IMG/VR virus record: IMGVR_UViG_2617271086_000008
Coordinates: 1 to 32,955 of that record
Length of the DNA stretch: 32,955 nt
From: a virus
Taxonomy: Duplodnaviria; Heunggongvirae; Uroviricota; Caudoviricetes
Direction: 5' to 3' (one strand)
The notes below the pieces were generated by a model that made no database searches, was not told the DNA's origin, and was given only the letters and a program-made list of their open reading frames with translations. Numbering within the stretch: the first letter of the stretch is position 1; each line of letters opens with the position of its first letter. Made by a program: the position numbers and the translations under genes. Below are positions 8,565 through 18,177 of the stretch, piece by piece.

Positions 8565-9689
8565 TTACTCCTCACTATCATCTAGAACAGTATCTTCGGT
8601 CTGCACACCTAAAAGTTTGTCTCTTACATATTCAATACGTGCTTTTACTTTAGGTTTTGAGTTTGACGCATCAGATCTTGTATGTTTAATAAACTCTTCT
8701 GAGTTTAACCATTCCTCTACCGGTGTTGGTATTATGTTAGAGTTAGTTTTTAAGGCTAAAGTGGAACCGACAGCTAACGCTTCAAAGCGAATTCTTGGTA
8801 CAGTGTTTGCTGTTGCATTCTTTCTGAAACCATAGGGGAAATGTGTTTTGACAAATTCACACATATCTTGAAATTGTGCAGTTAGTTTTTCTTCTTGCTC
8901 AGGACTAAATGACTCATTTCGTTGGTCAAGATATTGGGTTAAGAAAGTATCAACACTTTTTTCAAAGTTAAGATAGTTATCACAATAGGCAAAATATCTA
9001 AGAACCAATTCTGGATATTCTCCACGACTGATTCTGGCATCGTTTAGAGGGCATATTTCCCTAAACAATGGAAACTCTGATAGTCTATTAACAACATCAA
9101 GAAAAGGCCCATCATTACTGCCCTGTCGTTGCTCCATTGTCGTGAGTTTTATTCCACCTGTATTCAATCGATCGAAAATCTCCCTTCTTGCTTCTTCATC
9201 ACATAATTCAGTGAGTTCAATCATTCGAATAGTTTTTCTATCGAATCTAAGCTTACGTGCAGGTGTGAAGTCAGAGTATTTGAATCCGTTGGCTGAAGTT
9301 AACTTTTTTAATCCAGTAAGGGTAAATTTATCATTTAGAAAATGATAAAGTGTTCTAATCCTCTGGCTACCATCAACGATTTCCAATCGCCCATCGTCAT
9401 TTCCGATATCGGCAACAAATACATATGGGATAGGAATATTTAGCAAAAGCGATTCAATGAATCTTGATTTTTGAACATTGCTCCAAACAAATTCCCTTTG
9501 ATAATCAGGTATGTATAGTTCTGCTTGGTCGGTTTCTAATCCTTTCTGAAATTTGTCAACAATGACACTTACAGGAAACTCTCTAATTTGGTGATCCGTT
9601 ATTTTTTGCATGGATTTGATCTGGTTATCCAGGTCAACTTTATCTTCTTCTGTGATCACTTGTTCAGGTTGTCTTGGGACTCTTGCCAT
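8565..9689 (-). CDS. DUF262 (ParB/GmrS-like NTPase) domain protein without HNH/DUF1524
   Basis: Motifs DYQREFVW, IVDGSQRIRT (DGQQR-like) and FDRLNTGGIKL; likely start ATG 9689 with an AAGGAG RBS (ORF extends to 9851). Confidence 0.75.
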   Translation of the reverse strand: MARVPRQPEQVITEEDKVDLDNQIKSMQKITDHQIREFPVSVIVDKFQKGLETDQAELYIPDYQREFVWSNVQKSRFIESLLLNIPIPYVFVADIGNDDGRLEIVDGSQRIRTLYHFLNDKFTLTGLKKLTSANGFKYSDFTPARKLRFDRKTIRMIELTELCDEEARREIFDRLNTGGIKLTTMEQRQGSNDGPFLDVVNRLSEFPLFREICPLNDARISRGEYPELVLRYFAYCDNYLNFEKSVDTFLTQYLDQRNESFSPEQEEKLTAQFQDMCEFVKTHFPYGFRKNATANTVPRIRFEALAVGSTLALKTNSNIIPTPVEEWLNSEEFIKHTRSDASNSKPKVKARIEYVRDKLLGVQTEDTVLDDSEE

Positions 9690-9992
9690 TTGTTTTCTCC
9701 TTATGCTTATTTGCAATAAGTTGCATTTGTTTGCATGCGTAGTTTTATACTGATTTAATCCCACAAGTCCTTTATATGCAAGGGTTAGAGGCTTAAATGC
9801 ACCTGCATTAAAACCGCCTTGTGAAGCGGGCAGGCGAGGCGGGGAAAGCACTGCGCGCTGGCGGTGGTGCTGATTTTATTTTTTCAGCGTCTCAGCGCGT
9901 CGTAATGGCGCTTAGTCTGCCCGTTGAGGCGTTGGTGTGTCTGCGGGGTGTTTTGTGCGGTGGTGAGCGTGTGAGGGCGTGATGACGGGGTG

Positions 9993-10016
9993 TAAAAAAG
10001 CCGCCCGCAGGCGGCG
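9993..10016 (-). terminator. Rho-independent terminator downstream of Q (minus strand)
   Basis: GC stem gccgcc/ggcggc (10000-10015) with cgca loop; A6 run on the plus strand gives a U-tract on the minus strand. Confidence 0.55.
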
Positions 10017-10020
10017 ATGT

Positions 10021-11055
10021 TCAACCGTTGTCAGTGTCCAGTGAGTAGTTTTTAAAGCGGATGACCTCCTGACCGAGCCAGCCGTTTATTTCCCGAATTC
10101 TGTCCTGTAACGGGATAAGCTCATTGCGGACAAAGACCTTTGCCACTTTCTCAATATCACCCAGCGACCCGACGTTCTCCGGCTTGCCGCCCATCAACTG
10201 AAAAGGGATGCGGTGCGCGTCCAGCAGGTCTGCGGCGCTGGCTTTTTTGATATTAAAAAAATCGTCCTTCGTTGCCACTTCACTGAGCGGGATAATTTTA
10301 ATGCCGTCGGCTTTCCCTTGCGGGGCATAGAGAAACAGATTTTTAAAGTTGTTGCGGCCTTTCGACTTCACCATGTTTTCGCGGAGCATTTCGATATCGT
10401 TGCGATCCTGCACGGCATCAGTGACGTACATGATGTATCCGGCATGTGCGCCGTTTTCGTAATACTTGCGGCGGAACAGCGTGGCCGACTCATTCAGCCA
10501 GGCAGAGTTAAGGGCGCTGAGATATTCCGGCAGGCCGTACAGCTCCTGATTAATATCCGGCTCCAGCAGGTGAAACACGGAGCCGGGCGCGAAGGCTGTC
10601 GGCTCGTTGAAGGACGGCACCCACCAGTAAACATCCTCTTCCACGCCACGGCGGGTATATTTTGCCGGTGAGGTTTCCAGTCTGATGACCTTACCGGTGG
10701 TGCTGTAACGCTTTTCCAGAAACGCATTACCGAACACCAGAAAATCCAGCACAAAACGGCTGAAATCCTGCTGGGAAAGCCACGGATGCGGAATAAACGT
10801 TGAAGCCAGAATATTGCGTTTAACGTAAATCGGCGAGCTGTGATGCACGGCAGCACGCAGGCTTTTTGCCAGACCGGTAAAGCTGACCGGTGGCTCATAC
10901 CATCTGCCGTTACTGATGCACTCGACGTAATCCAGAATGTCACGGCGGTCGAGAACCGGCACCGGCTCGCCAAAGGTGAATGCCTCCATTTTCGGTGCGC
11001 TGGCGGTCATTTTTTTTGCCGCAGGTTGCGGTGTTTTCCCTTTTTTCTTGCTCAT
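10021..11055 (-). CDS. Q: Portal protein
   Basis: 344 aa, size and position of P2 gpQ; transcribed with P. Confidence 0.9.
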   Translation of the reverse strand: MSKKKGKTPQPAAKKMTASAPKMEAFTFGEPVPVLDRRDILDYVECISNGRWYEPPVSFTGLAKSLRAAVHHSSPIYVKRNILASTFIPHPWLSQQDFSRFVLDFLVFGNAFLEKRYSTTGKVIRLETSPAKYTRRGVEEDVYWWVPSFNEPTAFAPGSVFHLLEPDINQELYGLPEYLSALNSAWLNESATLFRRKYYENGAHAGYIMYVTDAVQDRNDIEMLRENMVKSKGRNNFKNLFLYAPQGKADGIKIIPLSEVATKDDFFNIKKASAADLLDAHRIPFQLMGGKPENVGSLGDIEKVAKVFVRNELIPLQDRIREINGWLGQEVIRFKNYSLDTDNG

Positions 11056-12827
11056 CAGTAAAACTCCAGAATGGTGGATGTCAGCGGGGTGCTGATACCG
11101 GCGGTGAGTGGCTCATTTAACAGGGCGTGCATGGTCGCCCAGGCGAGGTCGGCGTGGCTGGCTTCCTCGCTGCGGCTGGCCTCATAGGTGGCGCTGCGTC
11201 CGCTGCTGGTCATGGTCTTGCGGATAGCCATAAACGAGCTGGTGATGTCGGTGGCGCTGACGTCATATTCCAGACAGCCACGGCGGATAACGTCTTTTGC
11301 CTTGAGCACCATTGCGGTTTTCATTTCCGGCGTGTAGCGGATATCGCGCGCGGCGGGATAGAACGAGCGCACGAGCTGGAACACGCCGACACCGAGGCCG
11401 GTGGCATCAATCCCGATGTATTCAACGTTATATTTTTCGGTGAGTTTGCGGATGGATTCCGCCTGGGTGGCAAAGTCCATGCCTTTCCACTGGTGACGCT
11501 CAAGTATTCTGAATTTGCCACCGGCCACCACCGGCGGTGCCAGTACCACGCATCCGGCGCTGTCGCCACGGTGTGACGGGTCGTAACCAATCCATACCGG
11601 ACGGGAGCCGAACGGATTGGCGGCAAACGGCGCATAGTCTTCCCATTCTTCCAGCGTGTCGACCATGCAGCGTTGCAGCTCCTCGAACGGGAACACCGAC
11701 GCTTTGTCGTCAACAAATTCACACATGAACAGGTTTTTAAAATCGTCGGCGCTGTTTTCACGTTTGAGCTGCTCAATGTCGAACAGCGTGCAGCCACCTT
11801 TCAGGGCGTCCTCAATGGTGACAATCTGCCGCCACTGGCCGTCCGCACAGAGAAGCCCACCGGCAAGGGCGTTATGACTGACGTCGATTTCCACGCGTTC
11901 GGCGGCGCTGGCGCGTCCCCGGTTGAACAGTTCACCCGACCAGAACGGGTAGGCGTCGTGCGCCAGCGTGGACGGGGTGGAGAAATAGGTCGAGCGCAGG
12001 TGACTCTGTGAGGCCATACCTGATGCCACCTTACGCAGTACCTGAAAATTCGGGATCCAGAAAATCTCATCGACGTACAGGTCGCCGTTATGGCTCTGCG
12101 CGGTGTTGGAGTTGGTGCCGAGAAAAATCAGTTTTGCGCCGTTATTGCCCAGGACAATCGGGTCACCGGTCAGGTCAACGTCAACCAGACGGGCAAAGGC
12201 GATGATGTATTCACGGAACACATACGCCTGCGTTTTACTGGCCGACAGAAAAATCTGGTTATGACCGGTTTTCAGGGCGCGCAGCAGCGCCTCGCGGGAA
12301 AAATAAAACGTCGCGCCAATCTGGCGGGATTTCAGGATATCGCGGATGCGGTGCTCAAGCCCGGCGCGATACCAGTGCAACTGATAGTCGAAAGACTGCT
12401 CAAAGAAAATCTGCTCCAGCTTTTCGATGGCTTCGTCGCTGAAAAAATTCTTTTTCGGTTTGCGACGCCCGCCTTTGTTGCGGTTAGCGACGTTCGGATT
12501 AAGGTCTGCCTCGTTGCCGGTCTGGCTGTAGCGGTTGACCCGTGCCAGTCGTTCAATCTGGCGTCCCAGCAGGTCAATTTCCTTGAAGTCACCGCCGGTT
12601 TTCTGCGGTTTGATGATGAGCTGGGTCAGCCGCGCTTCCAGACTCATTTCGACACGGCTGATGGGGGCAACGCTGTCCCAGCCGTCGCGCTGTTTCCAGC
12701 TCTGCACCGTCGGGCGTTTCATCTGCAACATGGCGGCAATCTGCGGCACGGAAAATCCCTGCCAGTACAGCAGCGCCGCCTGACGACGCGGGTCGTGTAA
12801 AAGAGTGGTGTCTGTGGTGATGGTCAT
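11055..12827 (-). CDS. P: Terminase large subunit (ATPase)
   Basis: About 590 aa; start ATG 12827 (MTITTDTTLL) with a GAGG RBS; overlaps the Q start by 1 nt. Confidence 0.9.
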   Translation of the reverse strand: MTITTDTTLLHDPRRQAALLYWQGFSVPQIAAMLQMKRPTVQSWKQRDGWDSVAPISRVEMSLEARLTQLIIKPQKTGGDFKEIDLLGRQIERLARVNRYSQTGNEADLNPNVANRNKGGRRKPKKNFFSDEAIEKLEQIFFEQSFDYQLHWYRAGLEHRIRDILKSRQIGATFYFSREALLRALKTGHNQIFLSASKTQAYVFREYIIAFARLVDVDLTGDPIVLGNNGAKLIFLGTNSNTAQSHNGDLYVDEIFWIPNFQVLRKVASGMASQSHLRSTYFSTPSTLAHDAYPFWSGELFNRGRASAAERVEIDVSHNALAGGLLCADGQWRQIVTIEDALKGGCTLFDIEQLKRENSADDFKNLFMCEFVDDKASVFPFEELQRCMVDTLEEWEDYAPFAANPFGSRPVWIGYDPSHRGDSAGCVVLAPPVVAGGKFRILERHQWKGMDFATQAESIRKLTEKYNVEYIGIDATGLGVGVFQLVRSFYPAARDIRYTPEMKTAMVLKAKDVIRRGCLEYDVSATDITSSFMAIRKTMTSSGRSATYEASRSEEASHADLAWATMHALLNEPLTAGISTPLTSTILEFY

Positions 12828-13000
12828 GAATACCTCGCCGTGATGAATACACGGCAAGGCTACTGAGTCGCGCCCTGCGATTCGCTAAGGTGCTGTTGTG
12901 TCAGTGATAAGCCATCCGGGACTGATGGCGGAGGATGCGCATCGTCGGGAAACTGATGCCGACATGTGACTCCTCTAATCACTATTCAGGACTCCTGACA

Positions 13001-13855
13001 ATGGCAAAAAAAGTCTCAAAATTCTTTCGTATCGGCGTTGAGGGTGACACCTGTGACGGGCGTGTCATCAGTGCGCAGGATATTCAGGAAATGGCGGAAA
13101 CCTTTGACCCGCGTGTCTATGGTTGCCGCATTAACCTGGAACATCTGCGCGGCATCCTGCCTGACGGCATTTTTAAACGTTATGGCGATGTGGCCGAACT
13201 GAAGGCCGAAAAGATTGACGATGATTCGGCGCTGAAAGGCAAATGGGCGCTGTTTGCGAAAATCACCCCGACCGATGACCTTATCGCGATGAACAAGGCC
13301 GCGCAGAAGGTCTACACCTCAATGGAAATTCAGCCGAACTTTGCCAACACCGGCAAATGTTATCTGGTGGGTCTGGCCGTCACCGATGACCCGGCAAGCC
13401 TCGGCACGGAATACCTGGAATTCTGCCGCACGGCAAAACACAACCCTCTGAACCGCTTCAAATTAAGCCCTGAAAACCTGATTTCAGTGGCAACGCCCGT
13501 TGAGCTGGAATTTGAAGACCTGCCTGAAACCGTGTTCACCGCCCTGACCGAAAAGGTGAAATCCATTTTTGGCCGCAAACAGGCCAGCGATGACGCCCGT
13601 CTGAATGACGTGCATGAAGCGGTGACCGCTGTCGCTGAGCATGTGCAGGAAAAACTGAGCGCCACTGAGCAGCGCCTTGCTGAGATGGAAACCGCCTTTT
13701 CCGCACTTAAGCAGGAGGTGACTGACAGGGCGGATGAAACCTGCCAGGCATTCACCCGCCTGAAAAACAGCCTCGACCACACCGAAAGTCTGACCCAGCA
13801 GCGCCGCAGCAAGGCCACCGGTGGTGGCGGTGACGCCCTGATGACGAACTGCTGA
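13001..13855 (+). CDS. O: Capsid scaffolding protein
   Basis: 284 aa from ATG 13001 (MAKKVSKFFRIG), matching P2 gpO. Confidence 0.9.
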   Translation: MAKKVSKFFRIGVEGDTCDGRVISAQDIQEMAETFDPRVYGCRINLEHLRGILPDGIFKRYGDVAELKAEKIDDDSALKGKWALFAKITPTDDLIAMNKAAQKVYTSMEIQPNFANTGKCYLVGLAVTDDPASLGTEYLEFCRTAKHNPLNRFKLSPENLISVATPVELEFEDLPETVFTALTEKVKSIFGRKQASDDARLNDVHEAVTAVAEHVQEKLSATEQRLAEMETAFSALKQEVTDRADETCQAFTRLKNSLDHTESLTQQRRSKATGGGGDALMTNC

Positions 13856-13909
13856 CCGGCGTCAGTCCGGGAAAACCTTCACGATTAACCCTTAATTTCA
13901 GGAAAAACT

Positions 13910-14983
13910 ATGCGCCAGGAAACCCGCTTTAAATTTAATGCTTACCTGTCCCGTGTTGCCGAACTGAACGGCATCGACGCCAGTGATGTGTCGAAAAAAT
14001 TCACCGTTGAACCGTCGGTCACCCAGACCCTGATGAACACCATGCAGGAGTCCTCTGACTTTCTGACCCGCATCAACATTGTGCCGGTCAGCGAAATGAA
14101 AGGGGAAAAAATTGGTATCGGTATCACCGGCCCCATTGCCAGCACCACCGACACCGCAGGAGGCACCGAGCGTCAGCCGAAGGACTTCTCGAAGCTGGCG
14201 TCCAACAAGTACGAATGCGACCAGGTTAACTTCGATTTTTATATCCGCTACAAAACGCTGGACCTGTGGGCGCGTTATCAGGATTTCCAGCTCCGTATCC
14301 GTAACGCCATTATCAAACGCCAGTCCCTTGATTTCATCATGGCCGGTTTTAACGGCGTGAAGCGTGCCGAAACCTCTGACCGCAGCAGCAATCCGATGCT
14401 GCAGGATGTGGCGGTCGGCTGGCTGCAGAAATACCGCAATGAAGCACCGGCGCGCGTGATGAGCAAGGTCACTGACGAGGAAGGTCACACGACCTCTGAG
14501 GTCATCCGCGTGGGTAAGGGCGGTGATTATGCCAGCCTTGATGCACTGGTGATGGATGCGACCAACAACCTGATCGAACCGTGGTATCAGGAAGACCCTG
14601 ACCTTGTGGTGATAGTGGGACGTCAGTTACTGGCGGACAAGTATTTCCCCATCGTTAACAAGGAGCAGGACAACAGCGAAATGCTGGCCGCTGACGTCAT
14701 CATCAGCCAGAAACGCATCGGTAACCTGCCGGCGGTACGCGTCCCGTACTTCCCGGCGGATGCGATGCTCATCACGAAGCTGGAAAACCTGTCCATCTAC
14801 TACATGGATGACAGCCATCGCCGCGTGATTGAGGAAAACCCGAAACTCGACCGCGTGGAGAACTACGAGTCAATGAACATTGATTACGTGGTGGAAGACT
14901 ACGCCGCCGGTTGTCTGGTGGAAAAAATTAAGGTCGGTGATTTCTCCACACCGGCTAAAGCGACCGCAGAGCCGGGAGCGTAA
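13910..14983 (+). CDS. N: Major capsid protein
   Basis: 357 aa, P2 gpN-like. Confidence 0.9.
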   Translation: MRQETRFKFNAYLSRVAELNGIDASDVSKKFTVEPSVTQTLMNTMQESSDFLTRINIVPVSEMKGEKIGIGITGPIASTTDTAGGTERQPKDFSKLASNKYECDQVNFDFYIRYKTLDLWARYQDFQLRIRNAIIKRQSLDFIMAGFNGVKRAETSDRSSNPMLQDVAVGWLQKYRNEAPARVMSKVTDEEGHTTSEVIRVGKGGDYASLDALVMDATNNLIEPWYQEDPDLVVIVGRQLLADKYFPIVNKEQDNSEMLAADVIISQKRIGNLPAVRVPYFPADAMLITKLENLSIYYMDDSHRRVIEENPKLDRVENYESMNIDYVVEDYAAGCLVEKIKVGDFSTPAKATAEPGA

Positions 14984-14986
14984 CCG

Positions 14987-15730
14987 ATGACGAGTCCCGC
15001 ACAGCGCCACATGATGCGGGTCTCGGCAGCGATGACCGCGCAGCGGGACGCCGCCCCGCTGCGACATGCAACTGTCTATGAGCAGATGCTGGTTAAGCTC
15101 GCCGCAGACCAGCGCACACTGAAAGCGATTTATTCAAAAGAGCTGAAGGCCGCGAAAAAACGCGAACTGCTGCCGTTCTGGTTGCCGTGGGTGAACGGCG
15201 TGCTGGACCAGGGCAAAGGTGCACAGGATGACATTCTGATGACGGTCATGCTGTGGCGTCTGGATACCGGCGATATTGCCGGTGCGCTGGAGATTGCCCG
15301 TTATGCCCTGAAGTACGGTCTGACCATGCCGGGTAAACACCGCCGCACCCCGCCGTACATGTTCACCGAGGAGGTGGCGCTTGCGGCCATGCGCGCCCAC
15401 GCGGCCGGTGAGTCTGTGGATACCCGCCTGCTGACGGAGACCCTTGAACTGACCGCCACGGCTGACATGCCTGATGAAGTGCGCGCAAAGCTGCACAAAA
15501 TTACCGGTCTGTTTCTGCGTGACGGTGGTGATGCCGCCGGTGCGCTGGCGCACCTGCAACGTGCGACACAGCTCGACTGTCAGGCAGGTGTCAAAAAAGA
15601 GATTGAACGACTGGAGCGGGAGCTGAAACCGAAGCCGGAGCCGCAGCCCAAAGCGGCCACCCGCGCCCCGCGTAAGACCCGGAGCGTGGCACCGGCAAAA
15701 CGTGGACGCCCGAAAAAGAAAGCCAGTTAA
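14987..15730 (+). CDS. M: Terminase small (endonuclease) subunit
   Basis: 247 aa with basic C-terminal tail; P2 gpM-like. Confidence 0.9.
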   Translation: MTSPAQRHMMRVSAAMTAQRDAAPLRHATVYEQMLVKLAADQRTLKAIYSKELKAAKKRELLPFWLPWVNGVLDQGKGAQDDILMTVMLWRLDTGDIAGALEIARYALKYGLTMPGKHRRTPPYMFTEEVALAAMRAHAAGESVDTRLLTETLELTATADMPDEVRAKLHKITGLFLRDGGDAAGALAHLQRATQLDCQAGVKKEIERLERELKPKPEPQPKAATRAPRKTRSVAPAKRGRPKKKAS

Positions 15731-15829
15731 CAACCGAATGCGCCCCGCGCCAGGGCGGCACGCCGGTCAGTGAGGGTGAATCACCTGACACTGCACCGGC
15801 GTCCACCGCCCGACTTTTCAGAGGTAGTC

Positions 15830-16339
15830 ATGATGACGCTGATTATTCCGCGAAAGGAGGCTCCCGTGTCCGGTGAGGGTACGGTGGTCATCCCGCAACC
15901 GGCAGGCGACGAGCCGGTGATTAAAAACACGTTCTTTTTTCCCGATATCGACCCGAAGCGCGTCCGGGAACGTATGCGCCTTGAGCAGACCGTCGCCCCC
16001 GCCCGTCTGCGTGAGGCCATCAAGTCAGGCATGGCTGAAACGAATGCGGAGCTGTACGAGTACCGCGAACAGAAAATTGCCGCCGGTTTTACGCGTCTGG
16101 CTGACGTCCCGGCAGACGATATCGACGGTGAAAGCATCAAAGTTTTTTACTACGAGCGCGCCGTGTGTGCGATGGCGACCGCGTCGCTTTATGAGCGTTA
16201 TCGCGGCGTGGATGCCAGTGCGAAAGGCGACAAGAAGGCCGACAGCATTGACAGCTCCATTGATGAACTGTGGCGGGATATGCGCTGGGCGGTGGCGCGT
16301 ATCCAGGACAAGCCGCGCTGCATCGTGAGTCAAATCTGA
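15830..16339 (+). CDS. L: Head completion/stabilisation protein
   Basis: 169 aa from ATG 15830 with a GAGG RBS; P2 gpL-like. Confidence 0.85.
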   Translation: MMTLIIPRKEAPVSGEGTVVIPQPAGDEPVIKNTFFFPDIDPKRVRERMRLEQTVAPARLREAIKSGMAETNAELYEYREQKIAAGFTRLADVPADDIDGESIKVFYYERAVCAMATASLYERYRGVDASAKGDKKADSIDSSIDELWRDMRWAVARIQDKPRCIVSQI

Positions 16340-16542
16340 TGAAGACCTTTGCGCTACAGGGCGACACGCTCGACGCCATCTGTGTCCGGTATTACGGGCG
16401 CACTGAGGGCGTGGTTGAGACCGTGCTCGCCGCAAATCCGGGACTGGCTGAACTGGGTGTGGTGCTGCCACACGGCACCGCCGTCGAACTGCCCGATGTT
16501 CAGACCGCGCCCGTGGCTGAAACTGTCAATCTGTGGGAGTAA
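16339..16542 (+). CDS. X: Tail protein X
   Basis: 67 aa; start overlaps the L stop (TGATG). Confidence 0.8.
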   Translation: MKTFALQGDTLDAICVRYYGRTEGVVETVLAANPGLAELGVVLPHGTAVELPDVQTAPVAETVNLWE

Positions 16543-16545
16543 CGC

Positions 16546-16827
16546 ATGACAGCAGAAGAAAAAAGCGTCCTGTCGCTTTTCATGATTGGGGTGCTGATTG
16601 TTGTCGGCAAGGTGCTTGCCGGTGGTGAACCCATCACCCCGCGTCTGTTTATCGGGCGCATGTTGCTCGGTGGTTTTGTCTCGATGGTCGCCGGTGTTGT
16701 TCTGGTGCAGTTCCCTGACCTGTCACTGCCTGCGGTGTGCGGCATCGGCTCCATGCTGGGTATCGCCGGTTATCAGGTGATTGAGATTGCCATTCAGCGC
16801 CGCTTTAAGGGCAGGGGGAAACCGTAA
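16546..16827 (+). CDS. Y: Holin
   Basis: 93 aa with hydrophobic transmembrane segments; P2 gpY position. Confidence 0.85.
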   Translation: MTAEEKSVLSLFMIGVLIVVGKVLAGGEPITPRLFIGRMLLGGFVSMVAGVVLVQFPDLSLPAVCGIGSMLGIAGYQVIEIAIQRRFKGRGKP

Positions 16828-17324
16828 TGCCGGTAATTAACACGCATCAGAATATCGCCGCCTTTCTCGACATGCTGGCCGTGTCCGAAGGGACGGCAAA
16901 TCATCCGCTGACGAAAAACCGGGGCTATGACGTGATAGTCACCGGACTGGACGGGAAGCCGGAAATCTTCACCGACTACAGCGACCACCCGTTCGCGCAT
17001 GGCCGACCGGCGAAGGTGTTTAACCGTCGCGGTGAAAAATCCACGGCCTCCGGTCGCTATCAGCAGCTTTACCTGTTCTGGCCGCACTACCGCAAACAGC
17101 TTGCCCTGCCGGATTTCAGTCCGTTGTCACAGGACAGACTTGCCATTCAGTTGATCCGCGAACGCGGTGCACTGGATGACATCCGGGCGGGACGCATTGA
17201 GCGCGCCATTTCACGCTGTCGCAATATCTGGGCGTCCCTGCCGGGAGCCGGTTACGGTCAGCGTGAGCATTCACTGGAAAAACTGGTCACCGTCTGGCGT
17301 ACCGCTGGCGGCGTACCGGCTTAA
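16827..17324 (+). CDS. K: Endolysin (lysozyme)
   Basis: 165 aa, P2 gpK-like. Confidence 0.9.
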   Translation: MPVINTHQNIAAFLDMLAVSEGTANHPLTKNRGYDVIVTGLDGKPEIFTDYSDHPFAHGRPAKVFNRRGEKSTASGRYQQLYLFWPHYRKQLALPDFSPLSQDRLAIQLIRERGALDDIRAGRIERAISRCRNIWASLPGAGYGQREHSLEKLVTVWRTAGGVPA

Positions 17325-17338
17325 ACGGAGTAAACACC

Positions 17339-17764
17339 ATGAAGAAATTATCCCTTTCACTGATGCTGAACGTGTCGCTGGCGCTGATGCTGGCACTGTC
17401 CCTGATTTACCCGCAGAGCGTGGCCGTCAGTTTTGTCGCCACCTGGGCGATTCTGGCGACGGTTATCTGTGTGGTTGCCGGTGGTGTTGGTGTGTATGCC
17501 ACGGAGTATGTGCTGGAACGCTACGGACGGGAGCTGCCGCCGGAATCGCTGGCCGTGAAGATTGTCACGTCGCTGTTTTTGCAGCCGGTGCCGTGGCGCA
17601 GACGGGCGGCGGCTCTGGTAGTGATGGTGGCGACGTTTATCTCGCTGGTCGCTGCCGGGTGGATTTTTACCGCGTTGATTTATCTCGTGGCATCGGTGTT
17701 CTTCCGGCTGATACGTACGGCCTGCCGTCAGCGTTTTGAGGGGTGGGAATCATGTCAAAGCTGA
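17339..17764 (+). CDS. lysA: Lysis regulatory membrane protein LysA
   Basis: 141 aa, multi-transmembrane, P2 lysA position. Confidence 0.75.
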   Translation: MKKLSLSLMLNVSLALMLALSLIYPQSVAVSFVATWAILATVICVVAGGVGVYATEYVLERYGRELPPESLAVKIVTSLFLQPVPWRRRAAALVVMVATFISLVAAGWIFTALIYLVASVFFRLIRTACRQRFEGWESCQS

Positions 17765-18177
17765 TGATTGTGCTGGTTGTGTTGTTATCACTGGCGGTGG
17801 CCGGTCTGTTTCTGGTGAAACACAAAAATGCCAGCCTGCGCGCTTCGCTGGACAGGGCGAACAACGTCGCCAGTGAACAGCAGACGACCATCACCATGCT
17901 GAAAAATCAGCTTCATGTTGCGCTCACCAGGGCAGACAAAAACGAGCTGGCGCAGGTGGCACTGCGTCAGGAACTGGAGAACGCCGCGAAGCGTGAAGCA
18001 CAGCGCGAGAAAACCATCACGAGGTTACTGAATGAAAACGAGGATTTTCGCCGCTGGTATGGCGCTGACCTGCCTGATGCTGTGCGCCGGTTGCACCAGC
18101 GTCCGGCCTGCACTGACGCCAGTGATTGTCGCCAACGCCTGCCCGAAAGTGAGCCTTTGCCCGATGCCGGGCAGTGA
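17752..18177 (+). CDS. lysB: i-spanin (Rz-like) LysB
   Basis: Start ATG 17752 (MSKLMIVL) with a GAGGGGTGGG RBS; N-terminal transmembrane segment then coiled-coil. Confidence 0.8.
   Translation: MSKLMIVLVVLLSLAVAGLFLVKHKNASLRASLDRANNVASEQQTTITMLKNQLHVALTRADKNELAQVALRQELENAAKREAQREKTITRLLNENEDFRRWYGADLPDAVRRLHQRPACTDASDCRQRLPESEPLPDAGQ

Noticed and set aside
8102-8835. Plus-strand ORFs 8102..8308 and 8320..8835 antisense to the HEPN and DUF262 genes
   Set aside because: Low-complexity, AT-rich-derived ORFs opposite genes with clear domain motifs; likely spurious, though antisense transcription from the converging methyltransferase gene is possible.
10213-12852. Numerous overlapping ORFs on both strands within Q and P (for example 10213..10671, 10494..10973, 11127..11576, 12090..12800)
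   Set aside because: GC-rich coding regions generate long open frames in alternative frames; Q and P account for the region.
16270-16338. Extended start of gene X at 16270
   Set aside because: ATG 16339 overlapping the L stop gives the expected 67-aa product; the extension lies inside L.
13360-16471. Minus-strand and alternative-frame ORFs within O, N, M, L and X
   Set aside because: Opposite or overlapping conserved structural genes; no RBS or motif support.
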